Shown here in pieces: positions 17,804-26,109 of a stretch of 58,049 bases of DNA; the first letter of the stretch is position 1; each line of letters starts with the position of its first letter. The DNA is taken from the IMG/VR virus record IMGVR_UViG_3300045988_088962. One strand, written 5' to 3'. Made by a program: the position numbers and the translations under genes. The notes under the pieces were generated by a model that saw only the letters and a list, made by a program, of their open reading frames with translations, ran no database searches and was not told where the DNA came from. This DNA comes from a virus.

Positions 17804-17930
17804 ATAAAAACCCGGCTTGATTGGTTAACCGCTGCTCTTTGCAATGTCATGCCTAAACATCACATTGAGAGCCGGGAATAGCGGTGGAGGTTTTGGAGAA
17901 TAAGTCCATGCAAAGCTAGGTAGTTGGTTG

Positions 17931-18011
17931 TGCTGCGTAACGGAATCGAACCGTTGCTTGCCAGCCGTGGGGGAGACAGGCTGGCATTCCCCTTACAATT
18001 GGAAACGCAAC
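17931..18011 (-). ncRNA. Aberrant tRNA-like gene with a 7-bp anticodon stem and a 12-nt loop.
   Basis: The acceptor GTTGCGT/ACGCAGC and the T arm AACGG-TTCGATT-CCGTT are canonical. The D arm is shifted by 1 nt, and the anticodon arm is GCCAGCC-TGTCTCCCCCAC-GGCTGGC. No CCA follows directly. Confidence 0.5.
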
Positions 18012-18225
18012 ATATAAAGCCCGGTGAAGGCGAAAGAGTGAGAAAACCTCCACCGGTGAAAGGAGGAATATGCTTGTTGACACGCACGCGAGTAAAATGA
18101 CAAAACCCCGCGTGAAAGCTATTCCTTTAAGGGAAGCTGCAAAACTTCCTGCGTACATTATAAGCCTTGTCAAGTGGTGAAATCAAATAAATAGACCCAG
18201 CGAACACAATATATTGTGTTTTTAA

Positions 18226-19893
18226 TCAAAATGGCCTCTTGACAGGCTCGATTTTACTGATTCCGTTATACAATTCATCAGCGAGCTGTGCTAGACTATC
18301 CGGTGCATCATCGTGCGGAACTTTGCCAAGCTGCGTAAACATCGTCACCTGCTCCATGAACGCTTTGTACTCTTTCGACTGGTGCTTCTCGTCAAGGAAG
18401 TAAAACCGCTTGATATCCGGCGCATACTGGATGATTCTGGACAGCTTGCTTTGACCGCTGGGCGCACGCTGGCTGCGGACAGAGCAGTGATAGCCCTGCT
18501 GCCGGAGCTGGCTGTCTACCACATCACAATATTCATCGCCGCCGTTGTTGGCTTCTCCACGCACCACATTGATTTTGTGCTGGATGATTTTGCCCACGAC
18601 TTCCGGTCTGGTCACGGTCTTATCGCCATTATTGAACACAAGGTCAGGAATGAACACGGCATCACCATACACATAGGCGATAGGGCAAGCGGTAAAATCA
18701 CCGCCACCCCATGCAATATCCATGACCATGAGCTTGCGATCGGGCTCACCATCAGGCAGAACGCCGTTAAAATACCGCAGTTCATCGGCAGGGAACAGCA
18801 GACCTTCACGCACATAAGGCTTACCCATGTACTTTGCCCACCATGTTGCATCATCAATGCTGGCTTTCATGTCGGCATAGTAAGCATCGTCAAATCCGAC
18901 GCCATAGTCATAGTTGAAGTTGCTGTGTCCGTTCTCGTCCACCGCAGGAATCACCCGGAATCTATACTTCGGATTGTCTGCGTACTGGTTCTGGATGCGC
19001 CCCAGAGGGTCAAGCACGTTCCAGCGTGTACCGACCATCAGCTCCAATGCACCCTGCTTTTTGCGGTCTTTCAACTGGTTCAAGTAGGCATCGTACTTGT
19101 TGTTCAGACGCTCAACGTTCAGGCTTTCCTCCAAGTCCTCGATCAAGTCATCGCTGTACAGAACACCGCCCTCACCAATTTCAACAGCACCAGTCAGCGT
19201 ACCGCCGATTGAGCGGCAAGTCAGGGTGGGAAAACGCTTCTTTCGGTTCAGGTCAACGCTTTCGTCCTTTGCGCTCTTGTCCACAAGCTGAACGTCAGGG
19301 AAGATTTTGCCCCAGTTATAGGTAACGGGGTCAGTGATAATAGACAGAACTTCACCATAGAAGCCGTTGGTCAGCTTGTCAGAATGTCCGCTCATGACCG
19401 ATGCAACGTCCGGGCGGTTGCCCATAAGCCATGTGATAAAGAAAATGCACAGCGTACTCTTACCTACGCGAGCCGGAAGACTGACCCCCAAGAAATCTAT
19501 CCGCTTATAGAACAAGTCCTCTAGGTCATCTGCTAGCACTTTCAGCACTCTGCGTCTAGGCTGATAAAACTTCTTCTCCGGCGCACGATTCCATTCAAGA
19601 TAAATGCAATAGCTGTCGAACACATCTTTTGCTTCAAACAGGTACGTCCGGCTGATAATGTCATAAACCTTCGCCACGTCCTCGCTTGTTTTCATCTTGC
19701 CCATCATGGCTGCACAGACAGAGCGCAGCTCACCAGAGTATTTGTAGGTATCGAACCGCTTGTCTTGCGGCAGAGCATCTCTAAGGTTCACGACCGCCTG
19801 AAACCAGTCCTCATAGACCTGTGCTTCGGTCGGATTCTGCTTTGCATACGCTTTGATGCTGTCAATGATGGCGATACACTGTTTTGACTGCAT
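18226..19893 (-). CDS. terL: Terminase large subunit.
   Basis: It has a Walker A-like LPARVGKST and the nuclease half is present. It lies upstream of the portal. I chose the start at 19893 because the 30 upstream codons of the ORF run through a terminator hairpin. Confidence 0.9.
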   Translation of the reverse strand: MQSKQCIAIIDSIKAYAKQNPTEAQVYEDWFQAVVNLRDALPQDKRFDTYKYSGELRSVCAAMMGKMKTSEDVAKVYDIISRTYLFEAKDVFDSYCIYLEWNRAPEKKFYQPRRRVLKVLADDLEDLFYKRIDFLGVSLPARVGKSTLCIFFITWLMGNRPDVASVMSGHSDKLTNGFYGEVLSIITDPVTYNWGKIFPDVQLVDKSAKDESVDLNRKKRFPTLTCRSIGGTLTGAVEIGEGGVLYSDDLIEDLEESLNVERLNNKYDAYLNQLKDRKKQGALELMVGTRWNVLDPLGRIQNQYADNPKYRFRVIPAVDENGHSNFNYDYGVGFDDAYYADMKASIDDATWWAKYMGKPYVREGLLFPADELRYFNGVLPDGEPDRKLMVMDIAWGGGDFTACPIAYVYGDAVFIPDLVFNNGDKTVTRPEVVGKIIQHKINVVRGEANNGGDEYCDVVDSQLRQQGYHCSVRSQRAPSGQSKLSRIIQYAPDIKRFYFLDEKHQSKEYKAFMEQVTMFTQLGKVPHDDAPDSLAQLADELYNGISKIEPVKRPF

Positions 19894-19936
19894 AAAAAAA
19901 TAGGCACCCCCTACCTGAAAATGTAAAGAGTGCCTA
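19894..19936 (-). terminator. Rho-independent terminator closing the recombinase island, abutting the terL start.
   Basis: On the minus strand: TAGGCAC..(22-nt loop)..GTGCCTA followed by TTTTTTT, then the ATG of terL. Confidence 0.5.
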
Positions 19937-19998
19937 CAACTGCACAAAAATTGAATATTCGGTTTTATTTTAGTTGCGGACAATGTCAGCTGAAAATA

Positions 19999-20106
19999 TC
20001 ACATGACGCACCTCGCAACCACAACCACAATGAAGAACCCGGTAAGCAGTCCAACGACTGCCCCCGCAAGCCAGTCATACGAGTTTCTGTTGTTCCACTT
20101 ATCCAT
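19999..20106 (-). CDS. 35-aa single-TM peptide.
   Basis: Sequence MDKWNNRNSYDWLAGAVVGLLTGFFIVVVVARCVM, with a GAAAGGAG RBS 7 nt upstream. It is below the ORF-track cutoff. Confidence 0.45.
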   Translation of the reverse strand: MDKWNNRNSYDWLAGAVVGLLTGFFIVVVVARCVM

Positions 20107-20162
20107 AGGCTCTTGCTCCTTTCGCCTGTTCTGTTCAGCAATCCGACACCATGTCTGGCGGG

Positions 20163-20552
20163 TCAAATAATGTTCGCTTGCTCATCAAGCCACGTTTCGC
20201 GGTCAAGTCTTTCCTTCTTTTCGATTAAGGTAGGAGTAAACGTTTTATCGCTCTTCCATCCAGCGTATTTCTTAAAATACGCAAGATAATCTTCTGCTAT
20301 TGCGGGAATGCTTTCCAAAATAAATGTAAGAAGAGCAACTCTCATTTGCCGCTTAAACGTTTCGGAAGGGCCTTCTTTCTTGAAATCAAAAAATATGTTT
20401 TCATCATAAAACAAAACATTGCATTTCTTAGATTGGCATTCCAGCATAAAGGAAGTAAAATCTTTGCAGTTTACAAAATCGAAAACCGAACGAAATGTCA
20501 AATCTGCATCTTTTTTGATAAAATCCCAATAAAACGGTTTTTGCTTTTCCAT
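20163..20552 (-). CDS. Hypothetical protein (AT-rich island cargo).
   Basis: 129 aa with an AAGGAGG RBS. It is visibly AT-rich and I recognised no motif. Confidence 0.6.
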   Translation of the reverse strand: MEKQKPFYWDFIKKDADLTFRSVFDFVNCKDFTSFMLECQSKKCNVLFYDENIFFDFKKEGPSETFKRQMRVALLTFILESIPAIAEDYLAYFKKYAGWKSDKTFTPTLIEKKERLDRETWLDEQANII

Positions 20553-20644
20553 GTTGTCCTCCTTTTCTCTTGCCTGTTGGAGAAAAAAATGGTATACTGT
20601 GGTTGCACCATTCTTTTTCCTGTTTTGATGAAGTTGGTGTACTC

Positions 20645-21301
20645 TTAGCGGTGGCTTGTGGTTGGGCTGCCGCTATTTTTATTTGCGTATCTTTCGACAC
20701 GCTCATACCAAGTGGATTTCCCTATGCCAAGCTGCTTGCAGCACTCTTTTACAGTGATTTCGCCTTTTTTCTGTTGTTTTAATAGGCTTTCAAACTGCTG
20801 CTCGTCAACTTGCTTTTCCTGTCTGCCGAAGCTACGGCCTGTTCTGGCTGACACTCGCTTGCCGTCAACAATGGGCATAGCAGCTATACCCTCTGCCTGA
20901 CGCTGCTTGGTTTTCTTGCGCTCCTGTTCAGCTACTGCGCCCAAAACTTCAATAAGGATGTTGTTCACCATTTCCAGCACCCATGTCTGGTCTTGAAAAT
21001 CAATCAGCGTAGTTGGAATGTCAAGGATGCGAACAATCACGCCTTTTTCTTTAAACCACTGAAGTTCTCGCTTCATCTCGTCTTTGTCACGCCCGAATCG
21101 GTCAAATTCCTTAACAATGACCTCATCCCCAGCCTTGACAGTCTCTTTTAATCGTTTATATTGCGGGCGATCAAAGCTACTGCCTGTCATTTTATCACAA
21201 AATACGTTCTCGTCCGGGATGTCAAACCGATCTCGTGCGATTTTAAGCTGTCTTGCAAGACTTTGTTCCTTACTAGACACTCTAGCTAAGAAGTATTGCA
21301 T
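20645..21301 (-). CDS. Small serine recombinase (resolvase/invertase family).
   Basis: It has the N-terminal YFLARVSSKEQS catalytic-Ser motif and a C-terminal HTH (ITVKECCKQLGIGKSTWY). At 218 aa it has the resolvase-type layout. Confidence 0.85.
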   Translation of the reverse strand: MQYFLARVSSKEQSLARQLKIARDRFDIPDENVFCDKMTGSSFDRPQYKRLKETVKAGDEVIVKEFDRFGRDKDEMKRELQWFKEKGVIVRILDIPTTLIDFQDQTWVLEMVNNILIEVLGAVAEQERKKTKQRQAEGIAAMPIVDGKRVSARTGRSFGRQEKQVDEQQFESLLKQQKKGEITVKECCKQLGIGKSTWYERVERYANKNSGSPTTSHR

Positions 21302-21324
21302 GTCACACCTCCGCCCAATTCGTT

Positions 21325-21546
21325 TTACTCAACATCATATCCGCCATCAACTTTAGTTCCTCTAGGAACCACCATAATTTTATAATCAAGGATTCTCAGC
21401 ATTTCGTCTAAAACTTTCACACTCATGTTTTTTTGAACAAGCCGATTGCAAAAAACATTCGATTTGATTTTTAGTTTATAGCACATATCTGAAACCTTGA
21501 CATTTTGAGATTTCATGATTTCAGAAACAATTTCTCCTGCCCTCAT
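21325..21546 (-). CDS. Small HTH-like regulator, the first gene of the recombinase operon.
   Basis: 73 aa, with AAAGGAAG before the ATG. It sits directly behind a consensus promoter that carries an operator. Confidence 0.55.
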   Translation of the reverse strand: MRAGEIVSEIMKSQNVKVSDMCYKLKIKSNVFCNRLVQKNMSVKVLDEMLRILDYKIMVVPRGTKVDGGYDVE

Positions 21547-21571
21547 TTTGCATCTTCCTTTCTCTGAACCA

Positions 21572-21600
21572 ATTATAACTCAGATATATATGACTGTCAA
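21572..21600 (-). promoter_or_regulatory. Consensus sigma-70-type promoter with an embedded operator.
   Basis: The minus strand reads TTGACA-gtcatatatatctgagt-TATAAT (17-nt spacer). The spacer contains the ACTCAGATATATATGA motif (21578-21593). Confidence 0.7.
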
Positions 21601-21646
21601 GAGTAAAAAATTAAATGTTTACTATCAATAGGGTCAATTTTTCATC

Positions 21647-21775
21647 AACACTTTTTCGTGTTAGTTTACAGCTTGTATAATTATCGTATTATCAAGTTTT
21701 ACTATAAATTTCCTCCCCAATTCTAACACATTAAAGTGTCAAAACCACTATCAAAAATGTACACTAAAACGTGTT
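21647..21775. promoter_or_regulatory. Three ACAC-N6-GTGT palindromic sites (candidate res or accessory recombinase sites).
   Basis: AACACtttttcGTGTT at 21647-21662, AACACattaaaGTGTC at 21725-21740 and TACACtaaaacGTGTT at 21760-21775. Confidence 0.4.
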
Positions 21776-21804
21776 TTAACGTACAAATTATACAAATTGG
21801 GCTG

Positions 21805-21833
21805 TTGACAACTATATACCAAGCGTCTATAAT
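21805..21833 (+). promoter_or_regulatory. Perfect consensus promoter for the plus-strand antirepressor operon.
   Basis: TTGACA-17 nt-TATAAT, read directly from the sequence. Confidence 0.7.
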
Positions 21834-22045
21834 CTAAGGCAGCAGAACACACGATGAATCAGCCAGCAACGGTAGATTTATCCTTTGTGGCATAAAAAAT
21901 AGGCCGCCAGCCCAACCGTCCAAAGTAGTACTGACGACCTATTCCACCACAAAACAGAAGCTGCGCAACCAAGGGCGCAGTCTCGGTTTCTGTCAATTAT
22001 TATAGCAGAAGCAGACCGCTTCTGCAATAGAAAGGAGCAAAAAAC

Positions 22046-22204
22046 ATGAACTTTCCTACGACAACCGAAGAATTTCTAAAAACCCTCACACACGGCAAGG
22101 AGCCGACCAGCGAGGACAGGGAGTACGCAGAAGCGCTGGGCAAGCTGTCCGAGCTGAACTACCGGGCAGGGTACGAAGCCGGAGCAGCCAAAAACAACAG
22201 TTAA
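22046..22204 (+). CDS. Small hypothetical protein (52 aa).
   Basis: AAAGGAG RBS 7 nt before the ATG. It is below the ORF-track cutoff. Confidence 0.45.
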   Translation: MNFPTTTEEFLKTLTHGKEPTSEDREYAEALGKLSELNYRAGYEAGAAKNNS

Positions 22205-22331
22205 ATTTTGTGCAAGTCTACAAACTTTTGGATTTTGTACAGATACCAGTACTACATTAAGCGTTTGCGTAATTGACAAACCACAACATATTGCATATAC
22301 TGGTTGCACCTACATGAAGGGAGGTGAGTTT

Positions 22332-22508
22332 ATGTACAGTCCTTATCTCGAACGGCACAATCACACGTTCACTGTTGCACTGACCGAACGGCAATTCCAG
22401 TGGCTGAAAGCCTATTGCACCGAACACAAGGTCGCACAGGCAGCAGCCATCCGTGACACATTCTTTGAAGTGCATCCAATCCCGGAGACCAATGAAAACG
22501 AAAAATGA
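22332..22508 (+). CDS. Ribbon-helix-helix (CopG/Arc-like) protein.
   Basis: The pattern HTFTVALTERQFQWLKAYCTEHKVAQAAAIRD reads as strand-helix-helix. GGGAGGTGAG lies before the second ATG. Confidence 0.5.
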   Translation: MYSPYLERHNHTFTVALTERQFQWLKAYCTEHKVAQAAAIRDTFFEVHPIPETNENEK

Positions 22509-22630
22509 TACGCTCGCTAAAGTTTGGCGACCGCAGCGAACGTATCATAACACATCCAGAGAGTATAGACCCTCTTTGGGTTATTATACCAAAGATGGCT
22601 TGCTCTCGCAAGACATAAGGATAAAATTTT

Positions 22631-23374
22631 ATGAATAATAGCCTTGAAAACATCCGTATCTTCTCCGAAGATGTTATCCCTGTGTATGATACCGACACTG
22701 GCGAAAAGGTAGTGCTGGGTCGGGAACTGCACGAAAAGCTCAAAATCAAGACCCCTTATCACATCTGGTTTCCCCGTATGGTGGAATACGGGTTTGTCGA
22801 TGGAACGGACTATTTTACGGAGAACAAAAATGTTCACCGTGAAGATGGGCGTAAAATGCCACAGGTTCAAATCGACCACATCATCAAGCTGGACATGGCA
22901 AAGCACATTGCAATGATTCAGCGGACACCTGAGGGTATGGAGATTCGCCAGAAGCTGATCGACCTTGAGAAGAATGTGTCTGTCAACCAGTTCGCAGGGC
23001 TTTCTAAGGAGCTGCAAGCAATCCTTGTGATTGACCAGCGCACCATGAAGCAGGAGCAGCGCATTTCCGCTCTTGAGAACACTATGACCATCGACTACAA
23101 CCAGCAGCGTGTGTTGAAGCGTGTCGTGAACACGGTAGTCATCAACGCTCTTGGCGGCATGGACAGCCCGGCCTACAAGAGCCGCAGCGTCTCTCAAAAG
23201 CTGTTCATGGAATGCAACCGAGACATTCAGGACTGGTTCAATGTAAACAGCAGAAACAACGTGCCGAAGAAGCGGTTTGATGAAGCTGTCGAGTACATCA
23301 AGAAGTGGAGACCGTGTGCGAACTCCGTTATGTTGGTTCAGGTCACAAACGGCCAGACCCAGATGCCCATGTGA
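22631..23374 (+). CDS. Antirepressor (AntA-like N-domain plus ORF6C-like C-domain).
   Basis: The stretch VLGRELHEKLKIKTPYHIWFPRMVEYGFVDGTDYF is typical of AntA/AntB. The C-terminus has a coiled region and ...NRDIQDWF. Confidence 0.65.
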   Translation: MNNSLENIRIFSEDVIPVYDTDTGEKVVLGRELHEKLKIKTPYHIWFPRMVEYGFVDGTDYFTENKNVHREDGRKMPQVQIDHIIKLDMAKHIAMIQRTPEGMEIRQKLIDLEKNVSVNQFAGLSKELQAILVIDQRTMKQEQRISALENTMTIDYNQQRVLKRVVNTVVINALGGMDSPAYKSRSVSQKLFMECNRDIQDWFNVNSRNNVPKKRFDEAVEYIKKWRPCANSVMLVQVTNGQTQMPM

Positions 23375-23387
23375 AAGGAGAATAACT

Positions 23388-23678
23388 ATGCTTACCGCAG
23401 ATAAGATTCAGGATATGGGGGAATACCTCAACTACGCTTTCGAGACCATGCTGAAGCTCTGGCGCGCCGTTGACTACGGCGAGTGCGTCCACGAGCCTGT
23501 TATCGCTTGTGACGGAAAGGTTGTCGATAGTGGTCAGCTTTCCTTTGAACCGGACGAAAACGGCGAGATCGAGCCGGTTCTGCTCCGGGGCAACAAGTGC
23601 ATCATGCACGATGTGAAGTATTGGATGCCCTTGCCCAATGTTGAGTACCATCCCTATCACGGTGAAATTGTAAAGTAA
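23388..23678 (+). CDS. Hypothetical protein with a DUF551-like C-terminus.
   Basis: GAAAGGAG RBS. The C-terminus reads KYWMPLPNVE. Confidence 0.5.
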   Translation: MLTADKIQDMGEYLNYAFETMLKLWRAVDYGECVHEPVIACDGKVVDSGQLSFEPDENGEIEPVLLRGNKCIMHDVKYWMPLPNVEYHPYHGEIVK

Positions 23679-23690
23679 ACAGCCTATAAG

Positions 23691-23731
23691 AAAAGCCAGT
23701 GGTTAGAGAACATCTAGCCGCTGGCTTTTTT
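23691..23731. terminator. Bidirectional rho-independent terminator.
   Basis: AAAAGCCAGTGG..CCGCTGGCTTTTTT, lying between convergent genes. Confidence 0.7.
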
Positions 23732-23739
23732 CGTTTAGA

Positions 23740-23943
23740 TTAACCCGCTGCGAACGAAGCGGAAAGCATAAATTCAAGGTAAGCAAAAATAATAAGCATG
23801 ACAACTATAAGCACAACTTTGCCAGCGCTTATATATTTTCTGTTTTTGCCGCCACATTCAGGGCAGGTCTTAGCCGTTTTTGAAATCATGTGACCGCAGT
23901 GTTCGCAAGGAATCAAATCGCTCTTAGGCGTTTTGTTTTCCAT
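23740..23943 (-). CDS. Zinc-ribbon membrane protein.
   Basis: CEHCGH...CPECGG followed by the TM VVLIVVMLIIFAYLEFML. AAGGAG lies before the ATG at 23943. Confidence 0.6.
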   Translation of the reverse strand: MENKTPKSDLIPCEHCGHMISKTAKTCPECGGKNRKYISAGKVVLIVVMLIIFAYLEFMLSASFAAG

Positions 23944-23953
23944 TATGTTCTCC

Positions 23954-24856
23954 TTATTCATCCACAAGGTCTGCGTACTTTACTTCAATGCGAGGGATTT
24001 CATCTTTTGTCATTGTCAATGCTCTTGTGACTTCAGCTGTCCCGGTAAATTCTCCGTAGATTGTAACAATGTCGTCTTGAAGAATCTTTACAGAGCCGCT
24101 CTCCCTTTTATCAACAGCATAGTATTCGTTTCCAAGGTACATATCATACCCATCTTCGTTATCCTGAACGCGCCATGCCTTGTCGCTGCTGAAAAGAGAA
24201 GCATCCATAATCTGCTGTACCTTTGCCTTGATTACAATTCTTGTTCCAGCGTACTTTTCCGGGTAGCGGCATAAATCCTTGTAGCCTACGGTTCCGCAAG
24301 ATGCTTTGTATTCTTCTTCCGTTTCAACATGGATAGGTTCGCTCTCGGGCTGAGGTTCGCTCTCAACTTCGGGCTCAGACTGGCTTTCAGATACGGATTC
24401 ACTTTCAGCTTGCTGCTCTGCGGATGCAGATTTTGCTTCTTCCGCTGCTTTGATAGATGCAGCTAAGGCTTCAGATGCTACTTTTTCTTCGGAAGCCGCC
24501 GCGCGTTCTGCTTCCAGCTCCTTGTCATACGGAAGATTCATGCCAACAACAACTAGCACTAAGCACACAACTAAAGCAATCAAGTCTTTCTTCGCTGAAT
24601 ACTTTTCGTGCTTAACAATCGACTTCAGGAGATTCCAGATAATCTTTACGCCGTATGCTACAAAGGCCAGCGTACAGCCGATTCCAAAGTCTCTGCCATC
24701 TTTTTGATAGATTCCGTAGAATATACCAAAGCAAATATAACAAGCGATAGACCCGCACCAGAACTTACTGTTCCCTTTTCCTCTAAGTGCATTGATGATA
24801 CAACACACACTTAGAATAAATCCAGCAAGCAGCATGATTCCACTGAACGTTTGCAT
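23954..24856 (-). CDS. Multi-TM membrane protein with an acidic linker and an extracytoplasmic C-domain (possible superinfection exclusion).
   Basis: It has 4-5 TM segments, an E/S/A-rich linker and a beta-rich C-terminal domain. AAAGGTGG RBS. Confidence 0.6.
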   Translation of the reverse strand: MQTFSGIMLLAGFILSVCCIINALRGKGNSKFWCGSIACYICFGIFYGIYQKDGRDFGIGCTLAFVAYGVKIIWNLLKSIVKHEKYSAKKDLIALVVCLVLVVVGMNLPYDKELEAERAAASEEKVASEALAASIKAAEEAKSASAEQQAESESVSESQSEPEVESEPQPESEPIHVETEEEYKASCGTVGYKDLCRYPEKYAGTRIVIKAKVQQIMDASLFSSDKAWRVQDNEDGYDMYLGNEYYAVDKRESGSVKILQDDIVTIYGEFTGTAEVTRALTMTKDEIPRIEVKYADLVDE

Positions 24857-25292
24857 TTTTAATTCCACCTTTCCTTTGCCAGTATAACACATTCAATGGC
24901 TCCGTAAGGGGTCTTTTTGTTTTTTTCGGAATTTTTGGAGACTTGCACAATCAGATAGGGTTTGGTTTGTGAAGGTGGGGTGGGTGTTGGTAAGAGAAAC
25001 GCCTTTTTTGAATTTTTTCTACGAGAGGGGGCGACCGCCCCACCCCGGGCTCTCCCCATATACCCCAGAGGTGGAGACCCCAGCCCCCAGCGCACCCGGA
25101 CAAACTGCACAGCGCAGGCCGTACCAGATGCAAGCGCAGACCATACAAAACACGGCGCACTAACGCGCCCAGATGCTTGACACGTTGCACCGGTCTGCAC
25201 ACGATATCAGGAGACGATCGTGCCAGCGGCGGACGCTGGAGGGTGTGCAGCGTGTCCAGCAAAGTGTACAATTTCGGACGCTATATTTATAC

Positions 25293-25375
25293 TCATTTAT
25301 ATCTGTATTTTTTGTGTAAAGCCCTTGACTACTCAGATATAAATGATATAATATAGACAAGCTCAGAAATAAATG
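25293..25375 (+). promoter_or_regulatory. Promoter (TTGACT-16 nt-TATAAT, 25324-25351) flanked or overlapped by three copies of the CAGA(T/A)ATAAATGA operator.
   Basis: Operator copies lie at 25293-25305 (inverted), 25330-25345 (in the spacer) and 25360-25375. Confidence 0.65.
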
Positions 25376-25414
25376 AGCACAACCACATTGAACCAAAACA
25401 GGAGGACAAAAACC

Positions 25415-26107
25415 ATGAAAATCGATATTACAAAGTACTGGGAACGCCTGTGGGCGGAAGGCCTCTTTGCTGCAATCATCCTTGAAGAGGATTTCAACCT
25501 CGACGAAAACGGGGCACCTCGTGCGGACTGCACCAACTGGGAGCAAGATTTCCGCGCAGAGCTCAACGGCTATATTACCGACAACAAGTGCTGCGAGGAG
25601 CGTAAAGAGGACTACAGCAAGGCTCTTGCGATTCTTGGCGAGATGGAGCAGGCAGCAGCAGAACAGGACAACGCCCCCGCCGCCCCTGCCGCCCCAGACT
25701 ACGCCGCACTTGCCGATACCATCCGCGCCGAACTCAACGCCCGCCACGATCGCAGCGTATGGGATAAGGCCGTCACGCTGTACGCACTCGATCTGTTGGA
25801 CGATGTGCAGGAGGGCGCGGACAACATGGAGCGCTTGCCCCTTGACGGTGCAGAGCTTGAGCGGTGGGCGCTCAACGGTGCAAGCTGCTGGGAGCAGTAC
25901 AGCAATGGCGGTTGCTCCCTCTGCTATGATGCCGATATTGCCGCCCGCGTTTGCACCCCGTCCGAACTCAAGCGTAAACACGGCGGAGCGTATAAGCCCA
26001 ATAGCCGGGAAACGTGGCTTGACGTGCAAGCCCGTGCGCTGTACCAAGCTTGCAACCGTATCCGCACCATCTGCCGCGCCAACGGCCTGTATTATAAGGA
26101 GGTCTAA
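25415..26107 (+). CDS. Hypothetical protein.
   Basis: 230 aa with a CAGGAGGA RBS. It is the first gene of a three-gene operon. Confidence 0.7.
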   Translation: MKIDITKYWERLWAEGLFAAIILEEDFNLDENGAPRADCTNWEQDFRAELNGYITDNKCCEERKEDYSKALAILGEMEQAAAEQDNAPAAPAAPDYAALADTIRAELNARHDRSVWDKAVTLYALDLLDDVQEGADNMERLPLDGAELERWALNGASCWEQYSNGGCSLCYDADIAARVCTPSELKRKHGGAYKPNSRETWLDVQARALYQACNRIRTICRANGLYYKEV

Positions 26108-26109
26108 AA

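Noticed and set aside
17931-18011. Calling this a bona fide second tRNA gene.
   Set aside because: The anticodon arm cannot form a 5-bp stem with a 7-nt loop. The D arm is offset and CCA is not contiguous. I kept it only as a tRNA-like ncRNA candidate.
18190-18210. The palindrome aacacaatatattgtgtt followed by TTTTT as a plus-strand terminator.
   Set aside because: No plus-strand gene ends here. The stem is short and AT-only with a minimal loop, so it is probably fortuitous or irrelevant.
20645-21301. The serine recombinase as the prophage integrase.
   Set aside because: At 218 aa with just a catalytic domain and a C-terminal HTH, it has the resolvase/invertase layout. It lacks the large C-terminal recombinase and zinc-beta-ribbon domains of serine integrases. 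No attP-like site was identified.
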